A DNA stretch of 46,530 nucleotides, the filler included, from Sphacelaria rigidula (taxonomy: Eukaryota), in NCBI GenBank assembly GCA_964200075.2. It is 2 parts of 2 records of this genome, joined end to end, with 100 filler letters (N's around TTAATTAATTAA, not from the genome) between each part and the next. Parts side by side here need not be neighbours in the genome. Positions count along the whole stretch, not along the records: positions 23,320 to 46,530 come from CAXNAA020000276.1; 1 more part is not named here. One strand, written 5' to 3'. Positions 25,401 to 37,700 of the stretch are shown in pieces. The position numbers were made by a program, and so were the translations under genes. Numbering within the stretch: position 1 is the first letter of the stretch; each line of letters starts with the position of its first letter. The notes beneath the pieces are model-generated. The model had not been told where the DNA came from, ran no database searches, and saw nothing but the letters and a program-made list of their open reading frames with translations.

Positions 25401-27118
25401 AGTCAAAATATGTAAACACAACACTGAATCTTCATGGCAGCGCAGAGATTATGTACAGTCGGCAGGCCACATGTGGCGGTGAAGGTGGACACTGCATAAC
25501 CAGGAAAGAGGATAGCACAAGACAGTCACCATGGTGTTATCTGTTCCAGTACACACCACGCTCCCTTACGTGGGTCCCCAGAGCGGCTGGGTATACAGGC
25601 AGCAACACTTCTCTGTTACTAACTTGTCGGAGTGCATTACACACGGATATACTCTTACGGAACCGAAAACGTTACTCCGGCTCAAACCTCTCCTCCTTCT
25701 TGCCCCCACCGTCCCATCTGCGTATTTTCTGTTCATTTGCTCTTGTCGGGGATGGTGTTTTGTTGGGAAGGGTCCATAGATAGACCGCCTAAATCAGAGA
25801 CGATCTCGTCGACCACGAGTGCGATTCAAGCGCTGTTTTTTGCGTTGGGTGCTTCAAATCACAATGCTTGTTGTGATGACTTTGCTTTCCGGGAACGTCC
25901 CACGCTCGGCACACCAGACGGCAAAAAGATTTGTTTTGCAGAGTTTCAGCGAACGCTACAAGAGTTGAGAAGAAAGTATGTCATCTTGCAGTGTGTGTCA
26001 GGGATGTGGACGTGTATGTAGCGCCTGAACAGGGGGGACGTCGCTTGAACCTTAGACCGCGAGGGTAGGTCATCAGTTGAATCGTCATCAATTTCACTTG
26101 AAAAAATTATTCATGATCCAGATAGACTACCCTCGCGGTCTGAGGGTTAAACGCACAATTTGCTCCTTCTAATGATGTTGTGTCTAATCAAGTGTATCCA
26201 CATGAAAGAAAGGAAACAAGGATGAGTTGTCTCTGGTCGATAAAATTCCGTCAAACGGCCTGACAAAATTCGAAGGCTAACACTCCCCCTGATTCGCACC
26301 CCTAACAGTGACATTTGACTAACGTTTACGTCCGACTGCCGAATTTGATACTTGTGCGCAGATCTGGACTTCGATCTCAACATCACTGCTTATCGATGAA
26401 ACTCATCACTGGTCGTTGTGGTGACATCACTTCTCCGCAGGTGGTGTTTTCAAAAGTGATGGGGGCACTTTTGATACGACCCTTGTCTTCACTTCCACCG
26501 CACGTTGGGCTTGAGCTTGGGCGAGGCTAGCTGACAGCCTCGCAGCCTTCCGTTGCTTCAAGGCTTGAAACTTTCATAGCCTGTCCTCGTGCATGCCATG
26601 GCGTCCTATTGTTGGGTGACACAAATGGGTTCTGTTCGGGCGGCCGCCCCTTCCTTGGCGTCATCTCAGGCTACGGTGTAAAGGGTAAAAGCATGAGATA
26701 TATCTATATAGTCAGCAACACTACGTTTTCGGTTGCTATTTGAAACGCACGCCACCGCCTTGAATGAAATGCTGGACAGAGTTCCGTCAAACGAAGGCTG
26801 TCTTGTGTAGAAGACGAGCTAGCGCTTGAAAAATGCGCGTGGGATGTGGACGTCTATGCGTTGGGTTTCGTGGGTCGATGTATCGGCGCTGTGCTACCTC
26901 GTTGGTCTTGTTCGCAGCACTACAGAGTTTCCGGTCTAACGCTGCTTCCAGAACTGCCGCAATTTTTACCTGTGCGCAGATCTGTGCCTCGATCTAAGCA
27001 TAACTTCTTGTTGATGAGACTCATCACTGGTCGTTATCGTGGCATCACTTCACGACCGGAGACGTGTTCACTCGACCGGAGACCCTATTCCCCGACGCAA
27101 GACAGCAAAATAAGTGTA

Positions 27119-27357
27119 TGTTAGGATTAAACTGTGTGTAGAACCCTGAACGTGACGCAAGGGCAGGCGCTACAGCTGCTAAGCTGATCGGGAGAAGGAT
27201 GTAAACACCGAGTGCGGAGCTTGTATTGATGGTTCCCGGGAACGTGGAGAGAAGAGTAAACAAGGAGGTGACCATCTACAGATCTACAATACCATCACTC
27301 TGACGGTTACAACAAGTTGAACCGTAACCAATCACACCGACTATTCCGTGTCTAACA
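27119..27357. mobile_element. Possible solo LTR
   Basis: Bounded by inverted ends TGTTAG...CTAACA, 239 bp. The flanks gtgta/gtccg are not a convincing TSD. Confidence 0.4.
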
Positions 27358-28046
27358 GTCCGCATGACAGGCTGCAACTGTGACAACGCCTTAATGCTCT
27401 TGAACGTTGACTACTAAATGAATAGACATATATCATTTCTTGACAACTATACGGATATTCAAGTTCAGATGCGGTCCTCTAAGCATGCGGTCCTCACAAT
27501 CATTACAGTAGTACCGTTTCATTCGTATCTTTCACGTAGATATCTTTATACGTGTACCCACATAAGCACCTACAGGATACTACAGTATGGAGTAGGCGTG
27601 TTGCCATGATTTGTCAATTCTAGATACCTCTAGCAGAGTAAGATACCTCTAGCAGAGTATTGAGGCTGCGTGAGCTGACAGATATCTCGTGTGCAAGAGT
27701 GCAGTTGATCTAAGCTAAAGAGTTGGTAAGGCTGCCGCGTCAGCAGTAGCAAGGTTGAATTGGATGATGCGATTTGATCTCACGTACGTGTAGAGGGTTT
27801 GGCTTTTTGTTCCAGGTTTGAGGATGCTTGAATTCGGTGACCTCTACCGCTCTTGCATTTACTCTCCTTTGTTTCCACAGCCTTCTGCATTCAAAGGAGG
27901 CTGGTCGATTTTGTTTGGCAAAGTGAAGAGCCCCAAACACCCTGTGTCATTTCGATCTTCTGCTGCAGAAGCAAGTGATCTAACCACCACGGTGCTGCCC
28001 TGACCCAAAACACTTGTCTCAAATCATTTCTTGGTCCCGCACGCAG

Positions 28047-31000
28047 GTGCTTGGATTGACGGTAGACTTTGCTCTTAAGCTGGGAGGATTTCCGAGCCCC
28101 CTCGGCATGCTCGCCGCCCTACCCGTTGCAGGCACCAGGCCGAATCTAAGGTGAGTAGAGATGACAAATTTTGATCCATGTTATCGGTGACATCCCTAGC
28201 TTCATCCGGTGTTGCGACATTTGCATGTGATAGCACTGAAATCGGATGAACGCCGGAAATAGTGAATGCTGGGGACTGGTACGATTGAGTATCCATTTTC
28301 ATCACCCCCCGACCCCCCTGGCGTCGGTTGGCGATGGCGCTATAAAAGCACGCCACTTACTACGTATGCTAGGCAACCAGGTTACCGTTTGTTTTGCGCG
28401 CTTGGGATTTTTTTGCGGTAACCATGATGGCAGTCGAGCTAGATCATGTTGTGCGGCGTGGGAGAACCTCAACTCCGCACGATGGGGATGATCGTACTAT
28501 GTAGTGTTTACATAGTGAGACACCCATGAGGTAGTGTATAAGACGTTGCTGTCTCTGGAAGTGGCGATATCAGATATTAAAGCAACTCAATTGGGGCTGT
28601 CATCTAAATGCAAGATAATCAGTAGGCTTCGGGCCGAGTAATCGTAGCAGGATACAACTCACCCTTCATGCGACCGGCCAAACACACCACGACGCTTCGC
28701 GCTTGGTGATTGAGCGCGAGCCTGGTCCGGCGAGAACCCGGCGTGCTCCGCTCCGGCTCTGAAGGGATGCGAGGTCAATGGTCTTATGACTATGGCATGC
28801 ATGATCATGAGTACACCCGACCCTGCTCTAATCGGTTCAAAAGCTATACGACACTTGACTCCTCGAGATACGACACTTGACTCCTCGAGATGCGTGTTGG
28901 ATGACTCGACGGCTGAGGTATTTTTTTGAACATAGGGCACATTTTGCCCCCGTGCCACTCCATCCTTGGCGCCATACACCGATCAAGTGGGTCGTGGGGT
29001 CCATATATATGTTGTATGGCCAGCTTGTGGAACTGAAATGGCCTGGAAAACTGCTTGGAAATCAATTGAGAATGTTCTTCGATATGTAAAAGTACTCGAC
29101 ATGCTTAGAATGCAAAGAGTGCCCAGCGAACAACAAAAGCGCAAAACTTTAGGCTCAAGCCCAACCAAACTTGAAATATGATACACGTGCCCCCTGCCCA
29201 TAATGCTCTCGTTTTTTCCTGGCGCGATCCAATTGGCAGCGCCGGAGCGTCCAAGCAGTTTGCCAACCTTTGCGGTATCTTTATGGCGTTCATGGCATGG
29301 CTGCTCCTCCTCTTGGACTATACGATCGCCGCTCAAGTCTTCCTGGTGAGAGTTTCGAATTCGGAGTCATGACTTTGAAAGATCTCGGCGGTCTTGTGTG
29401 CTTCTTTCTCGATGTCCTCCGTTTTAAGGAATAGCGTGCGTCTACTATCATGAGAGAGTGGTTTCAATCTTCCTCGAACATTGTTCAGCCATCGAACGAG
29501 CCAATACCTGAAGCGCGCTTAAGACAGGTGCACCAACCCCCCCTCCCTTTCTCCGCGTAAGAACATGATCCTGCATGGGGGTTGCGCGCTTTGCAGTCAA
29601 CGTCGCTTCCATTTCCTGTACAATTTCACGACAGCAACGCGCGATGGGTCGTTGAGCATACCTCCTCATCGTCCATCGCTCTGTTCAACATGAATCCATG
29701 CACGTGTATGTTTAAACGATCAGATCGGACTGGCGGTGGCTACGGCCCTCCAAGGGTTTATCAACTTCTGCCTGGGTTGCTACATCTTCAAGTACCTACT
29801 ACGGTGGGGACTCGTCCGCGGCTCGGTGTACCGCATGCACATCGGCACGAGGTGATCGCGACATGTTTGTATTCTTACCGTGGCCGTTTTCATTAGTTTG
29901 TCATTGGGTGTGTTTTGAACTGCACGCTGCAAAAGCTCGCAGGGCAGACCAGATACGATTTGTAGTGAAGTGAAAGAGAGGAAGGCATGTGACACGCCCT
30001 CAAAACCGGCACGAAGGAGGACACATTTCATCACGCAAAACATCACGTCATGAGGACGACAAAGACAGGAAGAACACGTGATAGAGGTTTTGGGGGCTGG
30101 CGGGGTGTTCGGTGCATCCAACGTTCAATGCTCGCGCAGAAGGTATTGCTGTTCAAAACCTTGATCAGAAATGCGGTCCAGTGGACATCGAACAGCCGCG
30201 GGTGCACGACTCCTCCCTTGTCTTGGGACTTTTTATGGACAGTATATGTTGCTGTTTTGGCTGAGGAAAACAAGTGAGTCCAAAATGCTTGCCACTGACG
30301 ACCAATCGGGATGTGCCCTGCCACAGGAGCAACACCATGTATGCTTGGGAGAAAGTCAACATCCGCACCGGGAAGGGAGCTGCGCCGGAACCCGTCACGT
30401 ATCCCACCAAGGTCAGGAATAGACCTATGTCTCCAAGGCACGAAGAATTATTTCAAGTAGAATTTTTCGACTTGAACCCGTTTGTGCGCTACGTTGTCTT
30501 CAGGGGATCGTTTCCGGCCATGGATCTCTCTGGCTTCGGATGAAAAAAAAAACTGAAAGAATATGTGCGAGACCGAACTTTGAAGTGCTCATACTTTACT
30601 TGCGCCCGTCAATCCTTCGTGGGAGTCTTGCACTACCGTGCAACTTCCACGTGGGGTGTGGGTATATCCCGATAGGAATTCATCCGCGAAGACGTCCATT
30701 TGGGATGTGAATGTTTATATGGGGTGATCATCCGAAAAATCCATCTGTAATATTCTTCTGGGAGATTCAAGATGAACAAAAGGGTATCCCAGACGCATCT
30801 GGTACTGGAAATTAATATCCCAGATTTACGTCTACACCACTGATGTGTGAAATTAATATCCCAGATTTACGTCTACACCACTGATAGTGGTTACATAATG
30901 ATGCTGACCTGTGTAATCCGCTCCTCTCCTACTTCGTGCGGAAATGTGCGAGGGCTGTGCCTTTTCGTCCCCGGATTCATCGATTTGTGGACGAGGTTCA

Positions 31001-31732
31001 TGACGACGTTATAATGCGTGAGAGGACCGCGTGCTTAGGGGATCGCATCGGATATTAACCACCCCTATGGTTAGGGTTAGGTTCAAGTTAGTGCTGGGGT
31101 TGGGGTCAAGGTCGTGGTCCCTGCAGGGACTGGCCCGATTAAATTTGAAAAACGTCGATCCTGAGGTGTTTTGAACACCGATGTGGCCCCCTAAGCACGC
31201 GGTCCTCTCACGCATTACAACGTTCTCGTCGCAAGTTAGTGGTCACCATCGGCTCATCGTCGCCGCCATCAACAACGAACGACAACCCGCTAATCGAAAG
31301 ACTTATTCTAACAAGCCGCGTCCTACTTGTTCAGACACTGGCAGGGTTGACGCTCCATCGGAGTACCCGTACACATAAATGTCGCGCGAGCTGCGGTGCC
31401 TCGGTGAAAGCATGCCCTACAGCACCCTAGTTTTTTCCGTCGAAGAAATGTCGCCACTTTCGGCTTGATGGCCAGTCTGAACTCTGATAATGGTGCGGCG
31501 TGTAGTTTTGCTTTTTTAGGATTGCGAACGCGTAAGAACGTAATTTATCAAACATGGATGAGTTATTGTTGCCGGGCTGCAGGAGTGCCGATCAACTTCT
31601 CGGTAGTGATTTACTAGGCCAATTCCAGGGGAAAGAACTCTGGCGGCAGGAGGAGTGCTTGCGGAGATAAACATCGCAACTTTATATGATTTGCTACAGT
31701 CGCGAATAGTCAGCGAGTTGTTGCTATGTTGT

Positions 31733-31765
<33 letters not shown>

Positions 31766-34700
31766 CCGTACTTGCGATGATGCTTTCGCACGTGCATTAC
31801 ACGTTGGCAACTGCATAAAAACGTGGGGCGCTGCGATAGTCGTCTCAAGGTAATCCTATTGACATCTAGGTAGATGCTGTTGGACTACGGATTCGTCCGA
31901 GGAAATCGGGGGGGGGAGCGTAGAAGTCGGTCGAAGATAAAAGACAGGCAGAACAGCTGATGGCATGTTTGACGCAAGACGCGCATTTTGCGTGCACCCG
32001 AAAAGCCGACAACACTCTGTCGCGGAGGCCTGGTGCGACTCGTGTATTCAGTGCGAATGAGCGAGGTGGTGTGTCTTTAATACGGTAGTAGACATATCAA
32101 GTTGCATGAGACGTCTGGTAAGATAACTACAGGTTTCTCGAACACTGCATGCTGTATTCGTGTTCATGGTCCCTGTGGTCTCATGGCCTCGGTATCTTCG
32201 TGCCGACACTACAGAATGAACTAGTCCTGTCGAAGTGAGGTGCGAGCCGGAGATATTTTCCTGAACCCAGTCCTCTCAAATACAAGGCAAAGATAGATAG
32301 ACTTGGTGTCAACATTCTTCAACCTTCAATGCATTGAATCAAACGCAGTGGTCTTACCCAACACAATCATCCCGCGACGCCATGTTACAGTTCTGATTAG
32401 CTTTCATGGACACTAGGGGATAGGATACTTCGTACTCGATAAAACCTGCACTACATCCAATGTAACTTGTTTGTTGTTCCTCACCCGTGGACCACCTGTG
32501 GAAGGAATGCAGTATATGCTTGGTTTAGTGCACCAGGCGAATTGCCGGGAGTGATTGATACGTCACCGTATGTTGAAGCTAAATCATCTATCTCTCATCC
32601 ATCGTGTATATTGACTCCGGTCTGCTGGCGTCGTGTGTGATCGGGGACAACGCAGGGCGTACCGCGCAATCCGACCGATCTCAGGGCTAAGCGTGGGAGG
32701 GCCGACGACAAGTGGGAGCGTTTCCACCCCATCAAGTGTGAGTGTCTCAAACTAACTGATTGCTTCGGTTCTGTCATGGACAAATACGAATGGCGTCGAA
32801 GCAAGCTTCGTTTCCGTTCAGCGCGTGACATCAATTGATGGAATATTTGCACATTTTCCAAAGGCTAGAGTGCCCACCGGGGCTTCGATTCACCACATGG
32901 CAATACTTTGTCCTGTTCTGCATGAGAGGACCGCGTGCTTGGGAGACCGCATCGTAGTTCGAAACACCTCATGATCGACATTTTTCAAAACCAATCGGGC
33001 GAGTTCCTGCAGGGACCCACTCCCCTGACCCAAGCACTAACACTAACACTAACCCTGACACTGGGGATATTCCAACCCTTACCACAGGCGTGTTCAAATT
33101 CCGATGCGATCCTCTAAAAGCGCGGCCCTACCTCACGCATTACAATGTGACGACGCTGGCCAGGGTTCCTTTCCGTGCATAGGTTAGAACACAGGAGTTC
33201 ATCCTCCTGTGGTTGGATGTCGCAAGCGGTGTTAACTGTAACTCTTGACCAACCAGCGATTATTAGCGGTAGTCGGCATCCCTGGGAATCCGCATGCTTG
33301 ACTCGCCACCTACGATCATCCCACGATGTTGCCTGAGCGTGCACGTCCTGTGGCTGCTTCAAATCATCAACAGCTGAGCACATCAACCATTGCAGATGTT
33401 TGTTTTGCAGCAGCTCTAGCACAAACAGACACAACGCAACACGCGCACCCCGGAATATGTGCTCGCCCAGCTCTCCATCCGTGCTGTCGATTTCTTTTTG
33501 ACCGCCATGTTCCTCGTCCCGCTGCATTGCGCTCTTGTCTCGCCGCTGAGGTAGACCTCCATATGGCCTACTTCATGATTCCCCTTTCCGTGACTGGGCT
33601 TGGCCTCCCCTGGAAGCTTCTCTGGGTAACGGCGGGGACCCCAGAAGTCGTGTGGAAGGTATGCAAGTATCCCAGGCGATATTCCGAGAATGTGTAGCTG
33701 ACGACAACCTCCACATTGTGTTGACGGCATGAGCCTAAAACAAACACGAATACGATATTTACTGAACAAATGACGAGAGTTTTCCGCTATGTTGCTGTCT
33801 CCAGAATCAGAACTAAAGCGAATCACGATATCATAACAACTATTTCTTCCTTCTTGGTTTGTCTCGCCAATTTCAACGCCGTTGGGAAGTCGTTGTTTTG
33901 CATTCGCTACTGATGGTTCGGCAGCGACGAGAGGATAAGATGTGGAACGAAGAACGGCAACTGTTTGTAAGCCTTGCAGCAGCGCTCTCATCGTTTGAAG
34001 TTGACGTCGCCGTTCCCCTCCGAAAATCTCGTGGTTGCAGACGCTGGCCTACTTGGGGGCAGTTTTGCAGGGCATCCTCATAGTCTTACTCGTGGCCAAG
34101 TGCATCCTGTACCCTTCGAAGGTATACCTGTAACACGTGAAAACCTAGGTGTGAGCACCATACGCCCTTTGCAGCTGAAGAGACCTGGGGTTGCAAGTAA
34201 GAATTGCGGAAACCGTAACCCTCGTATTTGCGCTGCTAGGCTTGCCGACAGTACAATGAAATGCGCCAAACGAAGTTGCCTCCGTTTGCAGGGTGAGCTC
34301 AGGTGCCAATAAGATTGGTGTATGTGCTACATGTAATTGTTCATGACTACCGAGAGTGTTGCTTTGTGAAATCGTACATCATTTCCGCATACGTTTCCTT
34401 CGTGGAAGTCGGTGCACGTGCGAACCCTTTGAGCTATCCGGTTTCCCACCAACACGGACTATACAACGCCCCCGTGTCTTTTTGAGACGCTTGGGAGGTT
34501 ATGTGGTTTTGTCACCGCCCCACCGCCGATAGATGCGCTTCACAAGTACAAAGGGATGTGAATGTGACATACGTATCTTCCGGTGGATGTAATCGCCCCT
34601 TATCTTTCGCTCCGTTTCGTGTTGTTCAGCGCGCCAACTGCCGCCCCAGTCGATTTTGCTGGGTCCCTCTAGTCCAATCCCCTTACGAGAGAGATGTAGG

Positions 34701-37700
34701 CGGTTGCATGTTGTGTCGAAAGCCTCGAGGTCCAGCTTTATCTTGGGGATATTCGGTGGTTGAAGTAAATCGACGTAGTGCAAACGCATTTCAAATTTTG
34801 GTGACTTCGCCAATATTTCCGCGCTGACACAAGAAAAAAAAACTGAATTCCGTTGCAGATTCGGAAGGAGTTCAACCACCCGCTGCACCGTAGCACTTTT
34901 GCGCTGCCGTTCCTGATCTTCGTCGTCCTAGCACGAATCAGTGCCAACTGGACCGACCCCGTCAGCACCATCACTCTGTCGAGGGTGCTCTTCTGGATGG
35001 GGACCATTCCCCTGACAATGCTCACCTTGTTTGCGATCGCCAGGCAAGCTCTGAATAAATTGATATCGCGCAATGTTTTCTCGGCGGTACTTTCGTGGGG
35101 TTGAAGGTTGTCGTTGTTAGGGTTCCTAAGGATCGAGAGGAACAGGATGGACCTGGACGTAATAATAGATGCGGCGGTATCCTCAGCCATGGTGCTCACG
35201 TGAAATCTTTTATTTGGCTGATTTTGGGTCGTTATTGGCGCCAGTCAATCTGCTCATTTGCCGACAACTGAAATAGAGCGTTACGTGAAACTGATTCTCG
35301 TAACACACGTTGAATTGTTTATGAAATGGTTTGGCCTAACATGTTTGCCGCTCTGTCACTGGTAATAGGGAAAGCACGATTTTCACGTCGGGACGATGAG
35401 CTGACTGTTTGCACTTGCAGATCATTATTTTTTCTATTGGGTAATTCAAATATGCGCAGCTGGGTTGCCTCGCCTGTTGACCCGGAGCACATCCAGCCCA
35501 GCTGGATGCTCATGCCTGTCTCGAACTTGATGGGAGCTGCCGCTGCTTGGTCGGTCAACCCGGAGTACTACGAGTGGGGATGGTTCCTCTTTGGCACCGG
35601 CATTCTACTCTGGCTGGCCCTCTGGCCGATCACCTTCCGCAAGGTAGATGGTGATAGTGATGATCGCCTGGTGTTGTAGCGATCCATGCGCCCATGATTA
35701 AGATCGGCTGATACGTAAGCCAGTTTGACTCGCGCACTACAAATTCACTCTCGTCCTTGGTCCTCGCAAACGACTTTCGGTATGGAACGGGACACACGCT
35801 GTGAATATTGGAGAACCCCTCCTCTGTGTAGAACTTGGGACAACACAACTGTGGACTCGAATTTCGGATTCGGTAACAATGACCCAAGATGTGAAAATCA
35901 CTTTCCGCAACGCACAGCTTCGAGCGTGAAGAGTGTTCATGACCGTCGCGGATTTTCAAGTCGATAAGGCGTTCACACGACCCACGGCAAGCGGTCGGCC
36001 ACCAGTGGAGCCCTGTAATAGCTTTCAGTATTCATCTGGGACCATGTATGTGCATGGGATATTTATCTTGGATATCCACCAGAAATACTCCTCTGGGGCA
36101 TGAAAATGCGTGTGGCATGTCCACCTGGGCTACCGAAACCGTGTGGAATATCGCATCCGTCGGCGATCTCAATCGGATTTTTTAATTATCCGAATAAGCA
36201 TCTTTTTGCGACATGATAATCTATCTAGGACAAGTGACCCTGACCGTGACCCTGACTCAGAAAAGATTACTTTCTTGGGTCGGACATATCCTAAATGGAT
36301 GGCAGTTGGATATTCCAGACGGATACCCCACACGGGTGCCCACGTGAGAAGACATGTACAGATGAAAGTCCGGATACCCATAACTCAGATGGATATTCGA
36401 GTCATTCTAGGTTAGGGGGGGGGGGGGTATTTGGTTGCACGAAGAAAAGGCTGATAAGTGTGTCAGATGAACTGCAACACTCGCGATGCGCTTGTATTTG
36501 GTTCAAAACGGTGTCAATCGGTATGAATAACAACAAGCTCGTTCAAGCAACCGTTTCTGATTTCAGCGGCGATTTGCCTTGGAATTTCGTGCAAGAAGTG
36601 GCCCAAAATTCTCCCCCCCCCTATTGTAGGATGACTCATTCATATCCCAGGTGTATGCACAGCAATGCAAGACCATGCGAATGGCCGGCGACCAACGGTT
36701 GGGCGCGACACCAGATAATCATCGCAACAAACCCTCAGCCAAAAGCCACAAGTGTAGCATGCTGTACATCGCTATCGTTGTCATTCGTTGCGGTATCAAA
36801 CTCAAGGATATGGTCACAATCCCTCGCCGCATCAGAAACTGATGAGTAATGATCACGCCCCGAGGCATTACACCAATACTTCTAGGGAGGGTTGAGGATT
36901 GACTCCAGGGAAATCTGTTTACCGACTTTCGGCTGGGACGATAATCCCTCCGTTCGCATACATCCGGCACGGTGAGGCGAGCCCTGCGTAATCGTGCAGC
37001 CTTCGTCTATGATATCTATCTGGGGTATTTATGTCCTCAAGGGATGTCTATTTTTCAAATGGATGACCATATTTCAAATGTGTAGTAATCTCTCAGATGG
37101 ACATTCGAGGGGGATGCAATATATATATATATATATAATGGATATCCCATGGAGGTTGCGCGATACTTCGAGACAACAGCTGGAAGGGGGTGATCGACAA
37201 GAGTGCCAACATCCTGCGGTTACCATCGATGCCGGGTCGAGATGTCGAACACCATCCGACCTAGGTACGAGATAGGTTAGCTCGTCAGCGTAGAGGAAAA
37301 ATCGGACCGACCTTCTTGTAACTGACCAACCCCAGCTACACCATTCCTTTATCTCGCGAACCAACATGAACTACACTGCTGCACTTCAAGACTGGGCATT
37401 TTGGTCTATGATGGGTAAAGCAGTATGCATGCATTTTCCTGTTTCATTCCCACTGTGCCGCTCAGGCTATCTCGGACCACCACAGCGACGTCCGAACTCG
37501 GAACCTCTTCGCCATCTGGGTGGCACCCCCGGCTATGGCGATGCTGGCCTACCAACACCTGGAAAGTGTGCCAACCTTCGACTCTTTGCAGCGGGTGCTA
37601 TACTGTGAGTCATTGTAGAGTTCGTGGAGAGGTTGTCCGTGCTGAAGATATGATCAAGATTATTGTTTGACTTTTGGCGCTGTGTATGCACGAGGATATC

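Noticed and set aside
25779-25980. First exon of the channel gene, or a tyrosine-recombinase fragment
   Set aside because: The resemblance is limited to a few residues, there is no clean phase link to 28047, and no catalytic motifs are present.
27620-28890. Short tandem duplications (27622-27659, 28846-28890; also 5983-6013)
   Set aside because: Ordinary two-copy slippage duplications with no further structure.
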